NCBI GenBank assembly: GCA_051362555.1
Contig: CM120647.1
Span: 4,836,001 to 4,900,000, forward strand
Direction of reading: 5' to 3'
Origin: Lingula anatina
Lineage: Eukaryota; Animalia; Brachiopoda
Length of the DNA stretch: 64,000 nt
The notes beneath the pieces are model-generated. The model did no database searches. It worked only from the letters and a program-made list of their open reading frames with translations, and was not told the DNA's origin. This document shows positions 38,970 through 53,710 of the stretch, piece after piece; the stretch's first letter is position 1; each line of letters starts with the position of its first letter. The position numbers and the translations under genes are program-made.

Positions 38970-41866
38970 CTGCGACAATTTATATGTTGATAAACCCTCG
39001 GTCATTTTTGCTAAACCTCATGTACATAATAACAGTATGTTATTTCAGACGCAGCAGTAATGTGTCATTTTTTGGATAAGAAACGAGCAAATTTTCCCCA
39101 CTGATGTTGGAAAAATGGTGACAAAGGTATCTCAACTGATTCCCGTCTGTTTAAGGCCCAATGAAGCCAAATTGAAAAGAAAATCCCCAGACATCCTCCC
39201 GTGACAGTGTAATATGGCCGCCTTTGAATGGGGTGGGTCCCTAACTATACTTGACTTGGTAACCAAATGTACAAGGAACATATTTTTACTAACATATTTC
39301 TACTAAATGAGGCACTAGCAATCATTTGCAACAATTTTCATTGTCACCAGAGGTAAAGATCATGAACAAAATGCAAGGTCAATGGATGTTTTCAGAAAAA
39401 AAAAAAAAAAAAAAACGCCCAAATGTTAATATTTTGGCAACTCAGTATCTCAGAAACGTATTCAAAGTGTCAACTCCTATATTGTGAAGTACCATCTATT
39501 TTTTACAGCTGTTTCAATGTCACCGCATGTCAAGGTCAAGAATTAACTTTAGGTCGAAATATTATTTTGAGCAAAATTGCCAAAATGTCATATTTTGGAA
39601 ACCTAATATATATTTATTAAGTATCTACTCTTACTGAATGATGCACCGCATGTCATTTGCCTCTATTTTAAAGGTCACCAGAGGTCAAGGCTACATCCAA
39701 ATAGCAAGTAATTTTTTTCACATGAAAATCACTTATTATGTATAACACATTAACATATTTTAAGTATCAAATCCTTAGCTGAGTGGGGTTCTGCCAATTT
39801 TTTGCAATTGATGTCTTTCAATTTTGTGTATTACTTTTTTTCCATATTCATACATTTAAGATGATAAATCTTCACAAGAACGTGCAAAATGCTTTGGATA
39901 TTCCATTCTGATATGTTTGGAAACATGGCAGTCTAAATAATTCATGAGCTCCATTATAAAATAAAATGGAACAAGACATCCCGTTCAAGTGCAAGTATGA
40001 TTTTAGCAATAGTTCCAAAATACCCAAGTTGCAACCACCAATATCGAAATATTACACATTACCTACTACAAGTTTGTCACAAAGGGACGGTCCAGGACAT
40101 CTGTAAATATAATATAATATAATATAATATAATATGATATAATATAATATAATTTGCTGATTCGAATTTTAATTGTTTCTAATGTTCTTTCTCTTCCTCG
40201 TGAATATAAAAGTAAGATCAGCAGACGAGACAGTTATTGCTTTGAACAGACAGACGTCAATTTATGGAAATATGTTTTTATCTTCTGTGATTCTTATTTT
40301 CAGTAAATATTGCAGTTTAATCACAATCTTCCGCTTTATTCTTGGTATGAAATGGGGGTTAAGGAGGCCATTTGCATCAAGGTACATAACCCAACCTTGA
40401 GCAGAGATGGGGGCACCAACTGTCACACATTTGGGACAACTCAATCACCAAATCACTGGTGAGCAGTGATCGTCCCATATGACAGCACATTGAAGATGAT
40501 CACGAATGTGATCGAAAGCTCTGTCAGGTATAGTTCTATGTTTTAGTGTAGAAATTGGAAAGTTTAATACTTGAACCATATACTACGACTACACAGATGG
40601 ATTTCAATCAGAATAAGCCCTTAGAGGGGTTTCTTAAATTTGAGCTCCGTTACTTGATTCAGCGTCAGTTTCAGAGCAGACAGCGGCTGCGCATAATATG
40701 CATTCACAAGTATTCTCAGGAAACATGGAAATCTATTAAGTAATTGACCAATTCGGTGTTAGTGCTCGGATATTCATTCTGTAAAAGACTCCATGGTTCC
40801 ATTGCTAGAGTTGGGTCGATCCTGCTAGCTCGAATAGGGTACTGGAACAAGGTCTTACACCCCATTTCAATAGATTTTTAGATCGATCTATCCCTGTGGG
40901 AAGTCTCACTAGATTACTGTCAGCTTGGCCGACTTAAGCGTCTGTTCCGCCTACTAAAAGCTGTATGGAGGTAATTAACTATGGTGCCCGCTCGGCTGAC
41001 TGCAATTTAACGTAAACCCCCAGGGAGTTAGGTCGATCTAAATCTTAATCTTTAGATCGATCTAAATCTCTGGGAAAGCACCCTTAGATGAGTCTGAACT
41101 TACCTATCACTGCCAAAGGCTTGATAACAAATCAGGTGGTGTCCGTGCTGTGCAGGGGCCGGAGTCCAGGTTATGTTAACCGATGCCGTGCTATCATTTA
41201 CAGTAACCATTGCACCCACACTAACATTGTACAACACAGGTTGGTGAACCTGAACTAGGCCACACCCAAGACATCCAGAACTTAACACCGGAGAACAGGA
41301 CCCCTTGTTCTTACGTCTTTACTGCTACAAATAAGGAAAAACAACCAGTTCCCTTCAGAACGAGCGGCAAATTATCACACAAAAAAAAAAAAAAAAAAAA
41401 AAAAAAGCGTTCCCAAGTCCTATTGTCATAGCCAGACTGGTCTTAGCAAGTTTCTATACCATGTGATCTCTAGAGAGCCCTCTGTGAAAAGTGAAACGAC
41501 GTTGGTGTCAAAATCTCATTGGAAGTCATCTACAAAAACCTGAACCAGATCAAATACAGGCATAATTTGTAAACCACATGCACCCCGTTTGCCAGAGGAA
41601 CACTTTTAATTTACAAGTTAAGTTTACCTCCCAGTAAAACACCTGTAAAACCAAGGGTCTGAGTGTCTATCGTGGTCTATGGGTGACCAGTGTACGTTGA
41701 ATGAACGGCCTACTGAACGTCCTACAAAACACCTGAACTAAACTGGAGAAGTTTCAAATGCTACTGGAATATGTAATTCTAGTTCAACCTCCAATAAACC
41801 TGTCAGAAGGATAACCTTGCCGATTTAAAGCCGTAGCAGTTGCCAGATGAGGCCATACGCACCACC

Positions 41867-41913
<47 letters not shown>

Positions 41914-42579
41914 TTTATTGCAGTGTGTTATGACGTTAAGAAATAAAAAGAGAGAGAAAGTTTACGTACCGGATACAGAATTGACCCCGGAAGTGGCCCA
42001 CATATTCCGCCGCACTCATCATTTCCCGTTGCCCAGCGACATCTTACAATATCCCCATCTGTATCAGCATTCTGGATGTCAAGGCGATAACCACATGTGA
42101 CATCCATGCAATTGAAAAGAATACATAATGATAATGATCTATTCTGAAATGTGGACGGCCATATTTAGTCGGCGGATCAGTTAGCACTCGGATCATCTAT
42201 TCTGATTGGGCCTTAGAGGCCATTGAGAACAAGTCCATCTGCGGACTAACAGATCCTGGTATCAAATATGGCTGACCAACATAAGAGCAAAGCCGACTAA
42301 TCCGCCGACCCTGCAGGGGTCTTGCAATTATACTGTCACTTTACACAAATATGTGAGAAAATACAACATGTTGTAATAATCTTAAATCATTTTAGAGCAG
42401 ACTTTGTCGATTTAAGAAGCAGTTGATTCTTGTCAGAACCGGTTTGAAAAGGAATGCATGTCCTATGGACGTGCGTTCTCTAGGATGTACTGTCCTACCT
42501 GGGCCTAGATTCCCAGCTGTATTTATACGCACCTAGGACATGTATTCCTGTCGGACATAATTTCATTTCACAAATCTTA

Positions 42580-42930
42580 AGCCTACGTCACAACCGGCCG
42601 TACCGGCTCTTACGGGCTGTTTGCGTCCAAATTTTGCGCAGAATCTCACTTCTCACGCAAGTCCTTCTTACGCAATTTCGATTTCGCAGTCAGCCCGTAA
42701 GTACCTACGGAGGATGTTGGACATGTCCAAAAGATTCTACGAATAGCAAGAGAGACGCGCGTTGTGCGATATTCGCTAGGAGTCAATTTTGCTGATATGG
42801 GTTATATATGAAATCAAGATCTAGCTGGAAAAATGAAATCTAGAACCTAAGGTATACGACCTCCCCAACACCCAAAAATCGCAGGGGACGTACGGTCCTG
42901 AAATCCGTGCATCCGGTTGTGACCGAGGCT
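42580..42930. mobile_element. Harbinger-type MITE (short relative of 61085-62012)
   Basis: TIR AGCCTACGTCACAACCGG ... CCGGTTGTGACCGAGGCT; TTA TSD on both sides; sits within an element with about 15-bp CCTAGGA tandem repeats (about 42440-43190). Confidence 0.85.
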
Positions 42931-44274
42931 TTACATGATTAATGTCCGTACAATAATTATTAACACGAGTATCGGCAATTTTCAGACGGGGCTAGGGCAT
43001 CGATAACTGTCTGCGTAATACTAAGTCATGGGTGTCCACTGGACTTTAAATCCCAGGAAATTATGCCCTAGGACATGCGTCCCTAGGAATAGAAGACCCA
43101 GGATATGCATTCCTAGGAGTAAGTGTCCGCAAGAAAATTCATTTCTAGGAAAACATCCCCTACGGATATGCATTACGGCGGACAACCATTCCCTTCACAT
43201 TGGATCTTTGTGTTTTTATTTAGCGTATCTATTAAATTTACAAGACAAAAGCTTGGGTTTTCTTTCAGACGTCCAGGGATGGAAATCTTACTGTGTAACT
43301 GCAACACATCTGATCCAAAGCTAACTCCCTAGATTTCAAACGCAACTTTATTTTGCGTTCTCGTGGAAAATGCGTAAATCGAGTAAAACCATGTGGCCAT
43401 ATGTAATATCCCTAAATGCAGGTTTTCCAAGCAGTTTTACCCTGTGTTATCTTGCCAAAGGGTGAAATTGAGTCAATAGTCGAAAACCCTGTATATATAC
43501 CTGAGGAAAGAAATATTTCGACAATTATGATCTTTTCTTCAGTTTTATCTGCAGAACGTGAACGCTCTACTTACTTAACCAGGGGATTGCTTGTGATTAC
43601 GGGACTTGCATTTGGATTTCCCGTGTCGTTTCGGATACCAGCATTATATTCGGTTGTAAGTTTCCAACATTTAAATTTTCCTGATTCCAGTGTTGTCCAG
43701 TAACAACCGTCATGTCTGAAATGTTTAAAAAGTGTAAATATGAGGCACGCAAATACGAGTACCTGTTGGATTCAATAAATAAATTGCCTTAAAACGACCG
43801 CGTAATATTCTGCATCATTTAGGCCATGAGCCGTACACTGTGTTGGTATGAAAAAAGGGACGAATAGTGATTTTTAGTAAGGCGTATCTCTATATTGTCC
43901 GAATATGTGTAATAGCATTTTATAGTACACCTTATACAACCCCAACCCACCAGCGGCAAGTGCTTTGTTTTTCAGATGGGGGTGAGGGAAAAACGCTACT
44001 ACAGTATATCAGAATCATAAGGATATATCAAGGTATCATAAACCATTATGAGACAATTAATTTCGTAAGGTTAGGTTAATTAATTTCGTAAGGTTCATAT
44101 AATAATTGTCGAAATGTTCGAAGATCGTTTCTACAGAACTTTATGACAACGTTAATTTGTGGAGTTTTATCAGCGTATTTAACATTCTGGAAAAAACATT
44201 ATTGGTGTTTTATGAACCTTTCTTATATATAACCAAAACACTTTTTAGGCTGTTTGAACTACATTTGGCAGTTA

Positions 44275-45035
44275 ATTAGGATTCCCCATAGGGGAATACT
44301 ATTGTTTTTGGTAGTATTATTATTATTCTTTCCGCGCGTTTTTTTTCGCAAAAAATCTGAAAAAATTATCATAGGTAGCCTATGGTCAGAATATGCCACA
44401 GAACCAGTTTCAGTGACCTTGACCTACTTTTCAAGGTCACAGGGGCTTTTAAAGGCAAAAATTGTAAAATTTGAAATTGCCATTAGGCCTAAAGTATAAG
44501 CCATATGGCTAAGAGCCTTATGGCCAGTGATACTGAGGTAAATCCACAGATAATGACCTACTTTTATGCAAGTAGGTCAAGGTCGCTAATGGGCAAACGG
44601 GCTCAAAAAGGTTTGTTTCCGAGTTCTCAAGAAACGGAAGGCCCAGAGCCCCAATCATAGTGGCAAATGATGCCCTATATATATATCTAAGGTTAGCCGT
44701 ACTTTGGTAGCGACTGCTTAATTACTTTTTTTAATATAGATTTTTAAATATTTATGACATTGCAGAAATCTTGAGTTTGGCAATTTCTCCATGAAACACT
44801 GGTTTTTGGTCATAGCATGCTATAGTAAACTACCCCAAACACATACCCAAAACCCCCAAATCAAATGTCAAATTTGACCTTGACCCTCATTTTCAAGGTC
44901 ATTTGGCTATTTCATGGAGAATTATTGACGTGGGCTAAAAGTGATGTTTTGTTGACCCCCCCCCTCCCCCAATTCGCACATGCTCTTTCAGAATATGGGA
45001 TCAAATTTAACCCGTGACCTTCACATGACCTTGTA
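44275..45035 (+). repeat. Interspersed repeat with a 5' hairpin and TGACCTTGACC/CAAGGTCA modules (Helentron-like)
   Basis: ATTCCCCATAGGGGAAT palindrome at the start; repeated TGACCTTGACC...TTTCAAGGTCA units; 3' boundary uncertain. Confidence 0.4.
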
Positions 45036-48000
45036 AGAGCATTTCCACGCCTATTTTGCAGGGGAATCCTCCGCCACTGGCTTTAGCCAGTTGCAGTCTA
45101 GTTTCAAATTTGGCTTGGGGTTAGTCGCGAATTGTAGATTGTTCCTACCATCGTTACCGAAATAACCAGGATGTGATGAAAGCCTAAAGGGATAACAACT
45201 GCTCGCAAAATATCCATATTTCACAATAAATAAATTCAAAACAACTCACAGAAATAAAGTAAAATCCATTTTACCACCAAAACGGCATTTAATGCATTAA
45301 TTCTGGGCATTGTGCTTGCCATCACCTCGCGTGACCGCCATAGATGGCTACTCTCTTAGGATAAAAAAAAAGAGGGACTTACTTTGAAAGTGGGAATGGA
45401 TTCATTCACCATTGGTAAGTATGGGAAAATTGTTCTTTACCCCAGGAAATTTCATTTTTTTTTGGCCAAAATGAACAGTTTTTAGACCTTTAAATAAACT
45501 ATTATTGTGAATACCCCACCATCACATTGATGTCCTATTTTTCATTACTTCTGGAAAACATTAAATAGACACCAATACTGTAACAAAATTCATAAAAGTG
45601 ACAGTTGTTTGGTGTCTTTAGTGAACTAGTGAATCTCCCCTTGTTTTTCTTGTTTTTCAGAAATACATTCTAATAAACTTCCTCGAAGGGTCAGCTAACA
45701 CAAGGATGATTAAGTCCAGCTATAAATGTGAATGAGTAAAGTATATGATGTTGATAGTTCTCGGTATACTGTTATAGATAGATAGATAGATAGATAGATA
45801 GATGTAACAGTCTAAGGTGAAACAAACTCCTAGGATACGTGACGTTAGGAGTTTGTTTTTTTACTTTTTTTACTTTTTGTTCATATTCCCCGAAGAAGGC
45901 CCAGGGGCCGAAAGCTCGGACTGTATTCAACAACTATTATGTAGATCTTTCTAGATGCATCAAAATATTTATAGTTCTATTATATCCTACAAGTATAACG
46001 TTGCTAAAAACTGTAATAATCTTCTGTATAGAATAGTTAATTGTTTTTTGATTGACTTGAGTTTACTTGTCACTCAATATTAAAAACAGGAAAAAACTCA
46101 CCTCCCATCAGAAAAAAGCATTAGATAAACTATTTTCCACTTGTAAACCACATAGTATATCAGATATTTCCAAATATCATGGAATCACAACATGTTTTTG
46201 CTAAAAAAGATAATTTTTTGGGGAACATACGTTACATAGTATAAGCTATGACAAAAAACCTCTTGAGTTTAAATATTTGTAAAAAAACAGTTTTACATCA
46301 TGTATAATTTATGACTGAATCACTACAAAAAATATCAGAACGCGGTATAAAATGGAAATTGAATGACCTGGAAAATACGTTATCATTCGTTTATTGCACG
46401 GTTAAGGGTCTTTGCGTAATGTAAAGACATGGCAGAATTTAAAATCTGAGTTTAAATTGAGACAGTCGTGGGTTTTTGTTTTATACACGTAAATGTTTTA
46501 AAAAAGTGAGCACAACTTTGAATCACTTCAATTTTATTTTGGACACGTGAAATGCATATCTATATTGGTTTTGGGTGTATAGGGTTATGCGTCTGAACAA
46601 AATTTGGAGAGTCAAGAGTCTTTTTTAGAAAATATGTATATATATTTTTTACTCATTGAATGTGTAGCTTTCGGTCAAAAAAAACAAAAAAAAAACAAAA
46701 CAAAAAAAAAAGAAACACCCTCTTGAAAGTTTGGGTAGGGGAGAGAGACTACTGAAATTGGAAGAAGATACAGCAACACATTGCACATATTTATGCAGTT
46801 TTAGGATAGGGTGATTTATTTCTTAATGAAGACACTGTAAAAAGCCACGTTTCATTAGAAAATTGTTGGCTTAAATGTATGAAAAATCCATGAATTATGA
46901 CCTCTTCTGACCTTTGCCCCATTGTCAATTACCCTTGACTAATTACTATGTATTTGTGACCTACAAACGTAATTGTCGTATCCCTAAAATCTATAATTAT
47001 GTATAATTTATTGATATATCATTTTCCAAATTGATGTAGTAACCACTTTCTTTCCCCTACCCCCACTTTCAAATAGGGGATATTTTGACTGTTGGGTTCA
47101 CGTTTAATTATATAATTTTCTGAAATAAAATACTTGAGGCTTCTTCATAAGCTTTATAGTTTCTTCATAAATTTTATAAACCATTCACCAAATACCAAAA
47201 AATATTTGTTTAAATAATGTTTTAAAAAACTTGTTGATTCTAATATTTGAAAAACCCATAAATTGTGACCTCCTGTGACCTCTGACCCATTATGACCCTT
47301 GACTTCTTGTCACGCATCTTTGTCTCATGAAATTACATGCTTCCTCTCTTGCCTCCATAATGATATATGATACACTGATATATCTTTATCGTTCTGATAC
47401 AGTAAGCGTTTTATTTCCCATACCCCCATCTGAAAAAAAAAGCGCTTGCTGCTGGCGGGCTGGGGTTATATAAGAATGAAATCACGCATGCTTGGACACT
47501 ATAGACATACCTGTAGGCCTTGCCTGTACCATATACAAGTGAGTCTATTGATAACGAACGCCAGACGGACTCTCACTTTTTCATAAACCTAGGGACTACT
47601 TACTTTGCGTCAACCGCTAACCTTGGCTACTTTCTGAACAGGAATGTTTTTTTACAACAACCTTAATTCCCGTATGTCCACAATATGCTATATTTGAACA
47701 ATTGTTAGCATTGTCATACATAAACCGTTATAATAAAATATGCATTATGATCAATTCTTGTGAAATGTGTGGGTTAAAGGTCACCAAGGTAAAAGCTTGC
47801 TTTACTAAAGCCATTTATTTTATTTCTCAACTTACAGGATCAGGTAATAATGGTTTTGAAACAGCTGAGGAAAAATTGATTTGAGAACCCACAGCAAATC
47901 CCCTCTCAGCCAATCTAGATAGACCTATATACAATAAGTCTTAGTATAAGGCACTATGATATCTTAACCCATGGTTTGTCAATATTGCAACAATAATGCA

Positions 48001-48879
48001 TAATGTGTAACTGCATAATCACCATCAATTTGAATATCATGTTGTGGACGAAAAGAAAATGTAACTGATACAGGGCTTCGAGCACATGCCTTAGCATACA
48101 AAATGAAATATTCACAAAAATGCTAAATGATAACACATTTTTTTTATTTTTACTCACCAACTTAACCTGTTGTACAATACGACACGAAATATTCACTCGA
48201 AAAAAAATCTCACTGATGTCACACTAATTCTTTAGCTCACCAACTTAACCTGTCTTAAATGTTGTATGTGCGCTTCTGTCTGTTTGTGCTAGATGCTAAT
48301 ATACCAGTTAGTGATGTACAGGTATGAAGGCATATTGACCAGGAAGTGGTTGGGTAATGGTGCAGGACAAACAAAAATAGACTTACCCAACAGAAACCAC
48401 GCCAGAGTGTGGCAGCGTGTAATCAAATTCATATTCCCCTTGTTGCCATTTGTCATTCGGGTCTACGCCTGTGACATAGTATCTATGAAAAGCAAAGTTC
48501 TCTGGGATTCCCCAACCTAAAGTTAAACATAAGGGGGGATAACTGAATGTGATATTGTGATGTCACAACTTAGGATTGCCCTTTGACCAAATTAGACTCA
48601 ACAATGTTGAACCCATGCGGATAATCCGTGAGCATCAGATGATTATACTTACCAGAGTAACACTCCCAAGTATTAAAAGCTTTAGAAAAGAGTATAGCTA
48701 AATAAGCCTGCTTGCAGGGTTTTCCACAAGGACCATCATCTAATTTCCAGGCAGACCTCCAAGCACAGGTCACTTAAATCAAAGGAAACGACTCAGATTA
48801 GTTATAAAGATATAGTATCAACATTGACGATTTCATTTCTAGAACTCTCCACGTCGAATGAGATGGTCCACCGTAACTG

Positions 48880-49470
48880 TGATATGGACACAGACTTAAA
48901 ACTTGGCAATGATGCTGTTATCAGCTGAGAGAAGTTTTAATAAGCTTAAAGGCGTTTTCAGAATTGATGGACACGTAAGGGTTTAGAGAAAAGCGGATAA
49001 GTTATTCTCAATTATCTGCTATTAGACGCACCTTACAAAAGAACAGGGCAAAACATGCATGGGGTGTTGTGGCTACTATGGTGTAGGCGAGCTGGTAGTG
49101 GTCGACAGGGACCTTAACACAGACCCACGCATCCGAGTACTGGAAAGGAACTTAAGGAATTCTGTCGACAATATCTTTGGGACCCACGACTACTTATTGA
49201 TGCTTCATTGTGATAATGTTACTCCACGCACAGCCAATGCGACAGTAGGCTGGTTATATGCAAACCAAATCCGGAGCCCCAAAGGTCAGCTCAAGCCCTA
49301 GATGAGAACCCCATTAGGAATTTGTAGGTTATCCTCGGAAATTGATAACTGATGGATGACCCTGCATACAAAAATGATCCCTTAAACTATATTTGCATCG
49401 TATATGGAATTCCATCACTCTGCAAACGTAACATTGCTTTTTGACTCCACACACAGACGCTTGCCCATCG
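48880..49470 (+). mobile_element. Decayed Tc1-family transposase fragment
   Basis: WGCCGYYGVGELVVVD...VLERNL...DNVTPRTANATVGWL followed by an SSLDENPIRNL relic of the SPDLNPIENLW motif; stops and frameshifts present. Confidence 0.7.
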
Positions 49471-50975
49471 TATCTTCAGTGATTATTACATGTTTAAAGA
49501 AACCCATAATTCATCAGGCCAAAATGTGTGTTATTAACAACTGACTAATTCCTGAAAACAAAAACGTCCAACTTACCACATAAAGCGTTATCCAGAGCGG
49601 GCCTACAGCTGAGTGTGGCATATATGAAGTGCAAGCCTGAAATGGTATAAATACTTTTGTCTCCTCATTAACCCAAGGGAAAGTATAAGTAAAGTGCAAA
49701 CACAAAAAAATGGTGTTCGAAAATTTGCCGGTGACGGTCTCTTTTATTGAAAAGTCCCTCTCGTAGAAGAATAGTGTAAAGGTATTATTTATCATTAGAT
49801 AATGGTGAGTAAATTACATGTAAAACCACGTAATGTTATAGCATAAATATAAAAATATCCAAACAAATAGTGCACGGACAGTTTTCATTTGTCCGGTTAC
49901 TTGTTTCATACTGACACGTTGTTATATCAAACTAATCTTCACGTTGAAATGGGTCGCACTGTATGCAGGGACTGTTAATATTTTATGTCTCCCCCATCCC
50001 AGTGTACCACAAATTTGCATAGTCACATTCATAACAAAAGAGAAGGCAACAAAGATCATCGGTTGTTCGTGATTTGGCCAAACAAGGCCGCTTTTACTAT
50101 ATAAACTCACTATCCTAATAATTTTAACAATAATAACAATTTAGCAAATTGTTGCCTGTATTAAATGTTATGGCCTTAGGGATAAACATTAAATATGAAA
50201 TTTTAAATAAGACTCATCATCCTAAAAATTATGATGTGACGAGTCAGCAAAAGTTATAATTTTCAAACAATTTTGCACAGATTTCGTTTGTGGGGTTGCA
50301 AAGAGGCCCAATATTTTCCAGGCGATCATCTTGAACACTTTTATTACAGATTTGTACAATCCATGGGCAATCTTTTCACTATTCAGTTTCTGATTTTGTA
50401 ATAGCAATGGAAAATCATAGATTCATTAGATCCGTCACCAGAGGACCCAATATGTATATGTAGTGTCGCTACCCTCAGATAAATGGTATTGACAGAGGCA
50501 CAGCATAATTATTTTGGTTTATTGAATACTGAATACTTTTTTTTAAAATTCGTTAATATAAGTGGACCTAGGCCTACAAAGCAAATAATTGCCCTGTTAT
50601 TCACTGGTGGTGAAAAAGCAGAATTAAATGGCCAGTCATCAAACAATAATTCCTCAACATATTTTTTAATTAACGTTTGTGGTTGGTGAAGTAAATACTT
50701 TTGGTAAATTATCACGGAGGAGACAGATAACATTTGCTATAACAAAGTATTTCGTCCTTTGTTTGCTATGAATCATGGGTATACATACTGGTCGCTGTAC
50801 TGTCTAACAGAAACAATGCGATGATGTAGAACTGCAGTGAACACATCGTAGATGGAATCGATTCTGCAACACAAAAAAGAACAGAGTGGCAGTGATTCAT
50901 AAACATGGCTTTACAGTTAGATGCTCTTCAAAATTAAAAAATCGACCAATTCGGACTTTTTTTTCAAATGTGGTA

Positions 50976-51027
<52 letters not shown>

Positions 51028-51341
51028 GATAGCTAAGGATCTCCATATGCAATGCCATGTAAATACATTAATGTAGAAAGGACCTTTCCTGGACATATAC
51101 TCTATAAACAACCGTTGTCAAAACATCTAAAAGATCCAAAAGTGAAGTTTGGCGTAGTCAAACGTTAATTTATGGCGACGGTCTTACACTTACAGTCTAG
51201 CCCGTAGCCTCGTTTTCAATGCTGCATTTTTGGAAGGCGGATTCACTGCTACATCCCCCATCGGAATCTTGTCCAATCACAGATGGGGGTTCCTTTTACG
51301 TCCGCGTCTCAGCATTTAACCAAATTCGATTTTCAACACAA

Positions 51342-53710
51342 AATCATATGAACTCCACCTTAGATCTTGTTTATACCAACATGCAAGATTACTATCAGAG
51401 CCCAGTCCATTTGTCTCCTATTGGCTTGTCTAAACATGAAACCATCTTAGTGAAACCTGTTGCATCACAAATGTTACAATCAGCCAGGAAATGTAAGGTG
51501 ACTGTCCGAAAATACCCACTTTCAAAACGAATTAGTTTCGCAGATGCCATTCAAAACATCCACTGGGATGAACTATACCACAGTGACTGTGTCCATCAGC
51601 AATGTGATGTTTTATCAGACCTTGCATAACTTAATAGAAACCCACTTCCCCACCAAGGTTGTGACAAGGAGTACACATGACAAGCCTTGGGTGACAGATG
51701 AGTTTCGTGACCTAATCATCCAACGCCAGCGTGCCTTTCAACTGAAGGACCCTGAATTTAGAAACCTTAGAAACAAAGTAAACCAAGAACGCAAACGGTT
51801 ACAAACGGTCTACTACAGAACTCAGATTGAAGAGGCAAAATCGTCAGACCCAGGGAAATGGTGGAAAGGTATCAATAACATCATGGGTAAATCTCAAAAC
51901 AGTGCCTCTCTGACCACCATGGCCAACCATCTCCATGAGGGGGATATGGAAGCACTTGCACAAAACATCAACAACTTCTTCCAGTCCATTACTTCTCACC
52001 TAGACCCCTTAGATGAGACGGACTTCCATGATGTTAACATTCCCTCACAGTACCAGCTCACAGTAGAACAAGTGGAAAGATCTCTCAAAATATTAACACA
52101 AACAAGGCATCCGGCCCTGATAATATACCGAACTGGATTCTCAAAGACTTTCCTGGAGTTCTCGGTGCACCAGTATGTGCAATCTGGAACAATACCATAC
52201 GTCAAGGAAAGCTACCAACAATCTGGAAATGTGCCAATGTAGTGCCACTGCCTAAAATTAAACCAGCACTGAGCGTGGAAAATGATTTAAGACCTGTTTC
52301 CCTAACACCTATCCTCAGCAAGGAATTGGAAGCATTCATTTTTACATGGCTGTGGGAGATACTAGGACCACATATTAAGAAAGATCAGTTTGGCAATGTT
52401 AAAGGTTCCTCCACCACAATGGCCTTAATCGAGCTATTTGACACCTGGGCCAAGGCCAGTGACACTCATGGGGCACAGTCTCGGGTTTTATTACTTGGTT
52501 TTAGAAAAGCATTTGATTTAATAGACCACAATATTTTGCTAGGCAAGCTTTGCAGCTATGGAGTACCTCCAGTATTACTCAGATGGGTCCATGCCTTTTT
52601 ACTAAATAGACAGCAACGGATCAAGTGTGGATCAGTAATGTCACAATGGTGCCATATTCATGGGGGCGTGCCCCAGGGTACAAAATTAGGACCTCTCCTT
52701 TTCATTACAATGATAAATGACATGGAATGTTTTTTACCAGCAGTAAAATATGTGGATGACACTACAGTTTATGAGACAGTTCACCAACCATCTCCAAGGG
52801 AAATAGAACAAGGTGCCAAACCTACACAATCTAAACTTCCCATAGCAGCCTCAAACCTATATGAATGGACAAAACAAAATAACATGCTAATCAATCCTAA
52901 AAAAACTGTTGAACTGTTTATCTGTTTCAGTAAAAACCCTACTGTACCTGATAACCTAATAATTGATGGTATAAAAATCGAACAAGTTTCACATGCCAAA
53001 CTGCTGGGAGTTCATATCTGTTCTAATTTGAAATGGGACTTACATATAGAAAAAATTCTCTCAAAAGCTGCATCCAGACTGTATTTCTTATGCATGGTCA
53101 AACACGCTGGGGTGCCGAGACATGACCTCTTACAAATTTATAAAAGCAATCTCAGACCAACACTTGAGTACGCTTGTCAGCTATGGCATGCTGGAATTAC
53201 CGCACAGCAATCTAAAGCCTTAGAGAACATCCAAAAAAGGGCTCTTCATATTATATACCCTGAACTCACTTACAACGAAGCAATGGACATCACTGAATTA
53301 CCTACCTTGAAATCTCGGCGTACTGACTTATGCAAAAAATTATTTAATGAGATAAAACTGTGTACACATAGATTGAACCATCTTTTACCTAACACTCGTG
53401 TCATAGAAAAGGACCTAAGGAATGTTTATAGATATGTTTTACCAAAATGTCGGACAAAAAGATATAGAAACACTTTTATCCCATACTGTTTATATACGTG
53501 TCAATGATCTTGGTCTATCCATTAACTTTTAGCTTTTGAAAATAACAACGAATCACCATTTTTAACCTCATTATTGGTTTTATAACTTAGAATTTATCTT
53601 AAAGCTCTATTTTAGTACTACATCTTTATACTTTTATACATATACATTCAATATATGTCTTATATATTGCAAAGAACACAATAAACCTTTATTATTAATT
53701 ATTATTATTA
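51342..53710 (+). mobile_element. 5'-truncated non-LTR retrotransposon (CR1/L2-group LINE)
   Basis: End of endonuclease domain (TLDLVYTN), KPWVT, RT motifs LRPVSLTP, FRKAFD, GVPQGTKLGP, YVDD; AATAAA plus (TTA)n tail; candidate 9-bp TSD TCAACACAA at 51333-51341 and 53711-53719. Confidence 0.92.
52242..53507 (+). pseudogene. LINE ORF2 reverse transcriptase segment
   Basis: 421-aa frame joined to upstream frames 51219-51629 and 51544-52242 only through frameshifts; LLGFRKAFD has Gly where RT motif A normally has Asp. Confidence 0.88.

Larger units (their letters stand above)
36190..48772 (-). pseudogene. Multi-exon gene for an extracellular Cys-rich protein with TSP1 repeats; 5' half appears decayed
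   Basis: Exons at about 48772-48517 (WKLDDGPCGKPC..WECYSG, contains a stop), 43715-43575 (GCYW...RNDTGNPNASPV), 42111-41970 (DTDGDIVRCRWATGNDECGGIC), about 41220-41104 (VNITWTP..GHHLICYQA), three TSP1 exons and a possible last exon at about 36341-36190. True 5' end not located. Confidence 0.6.
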
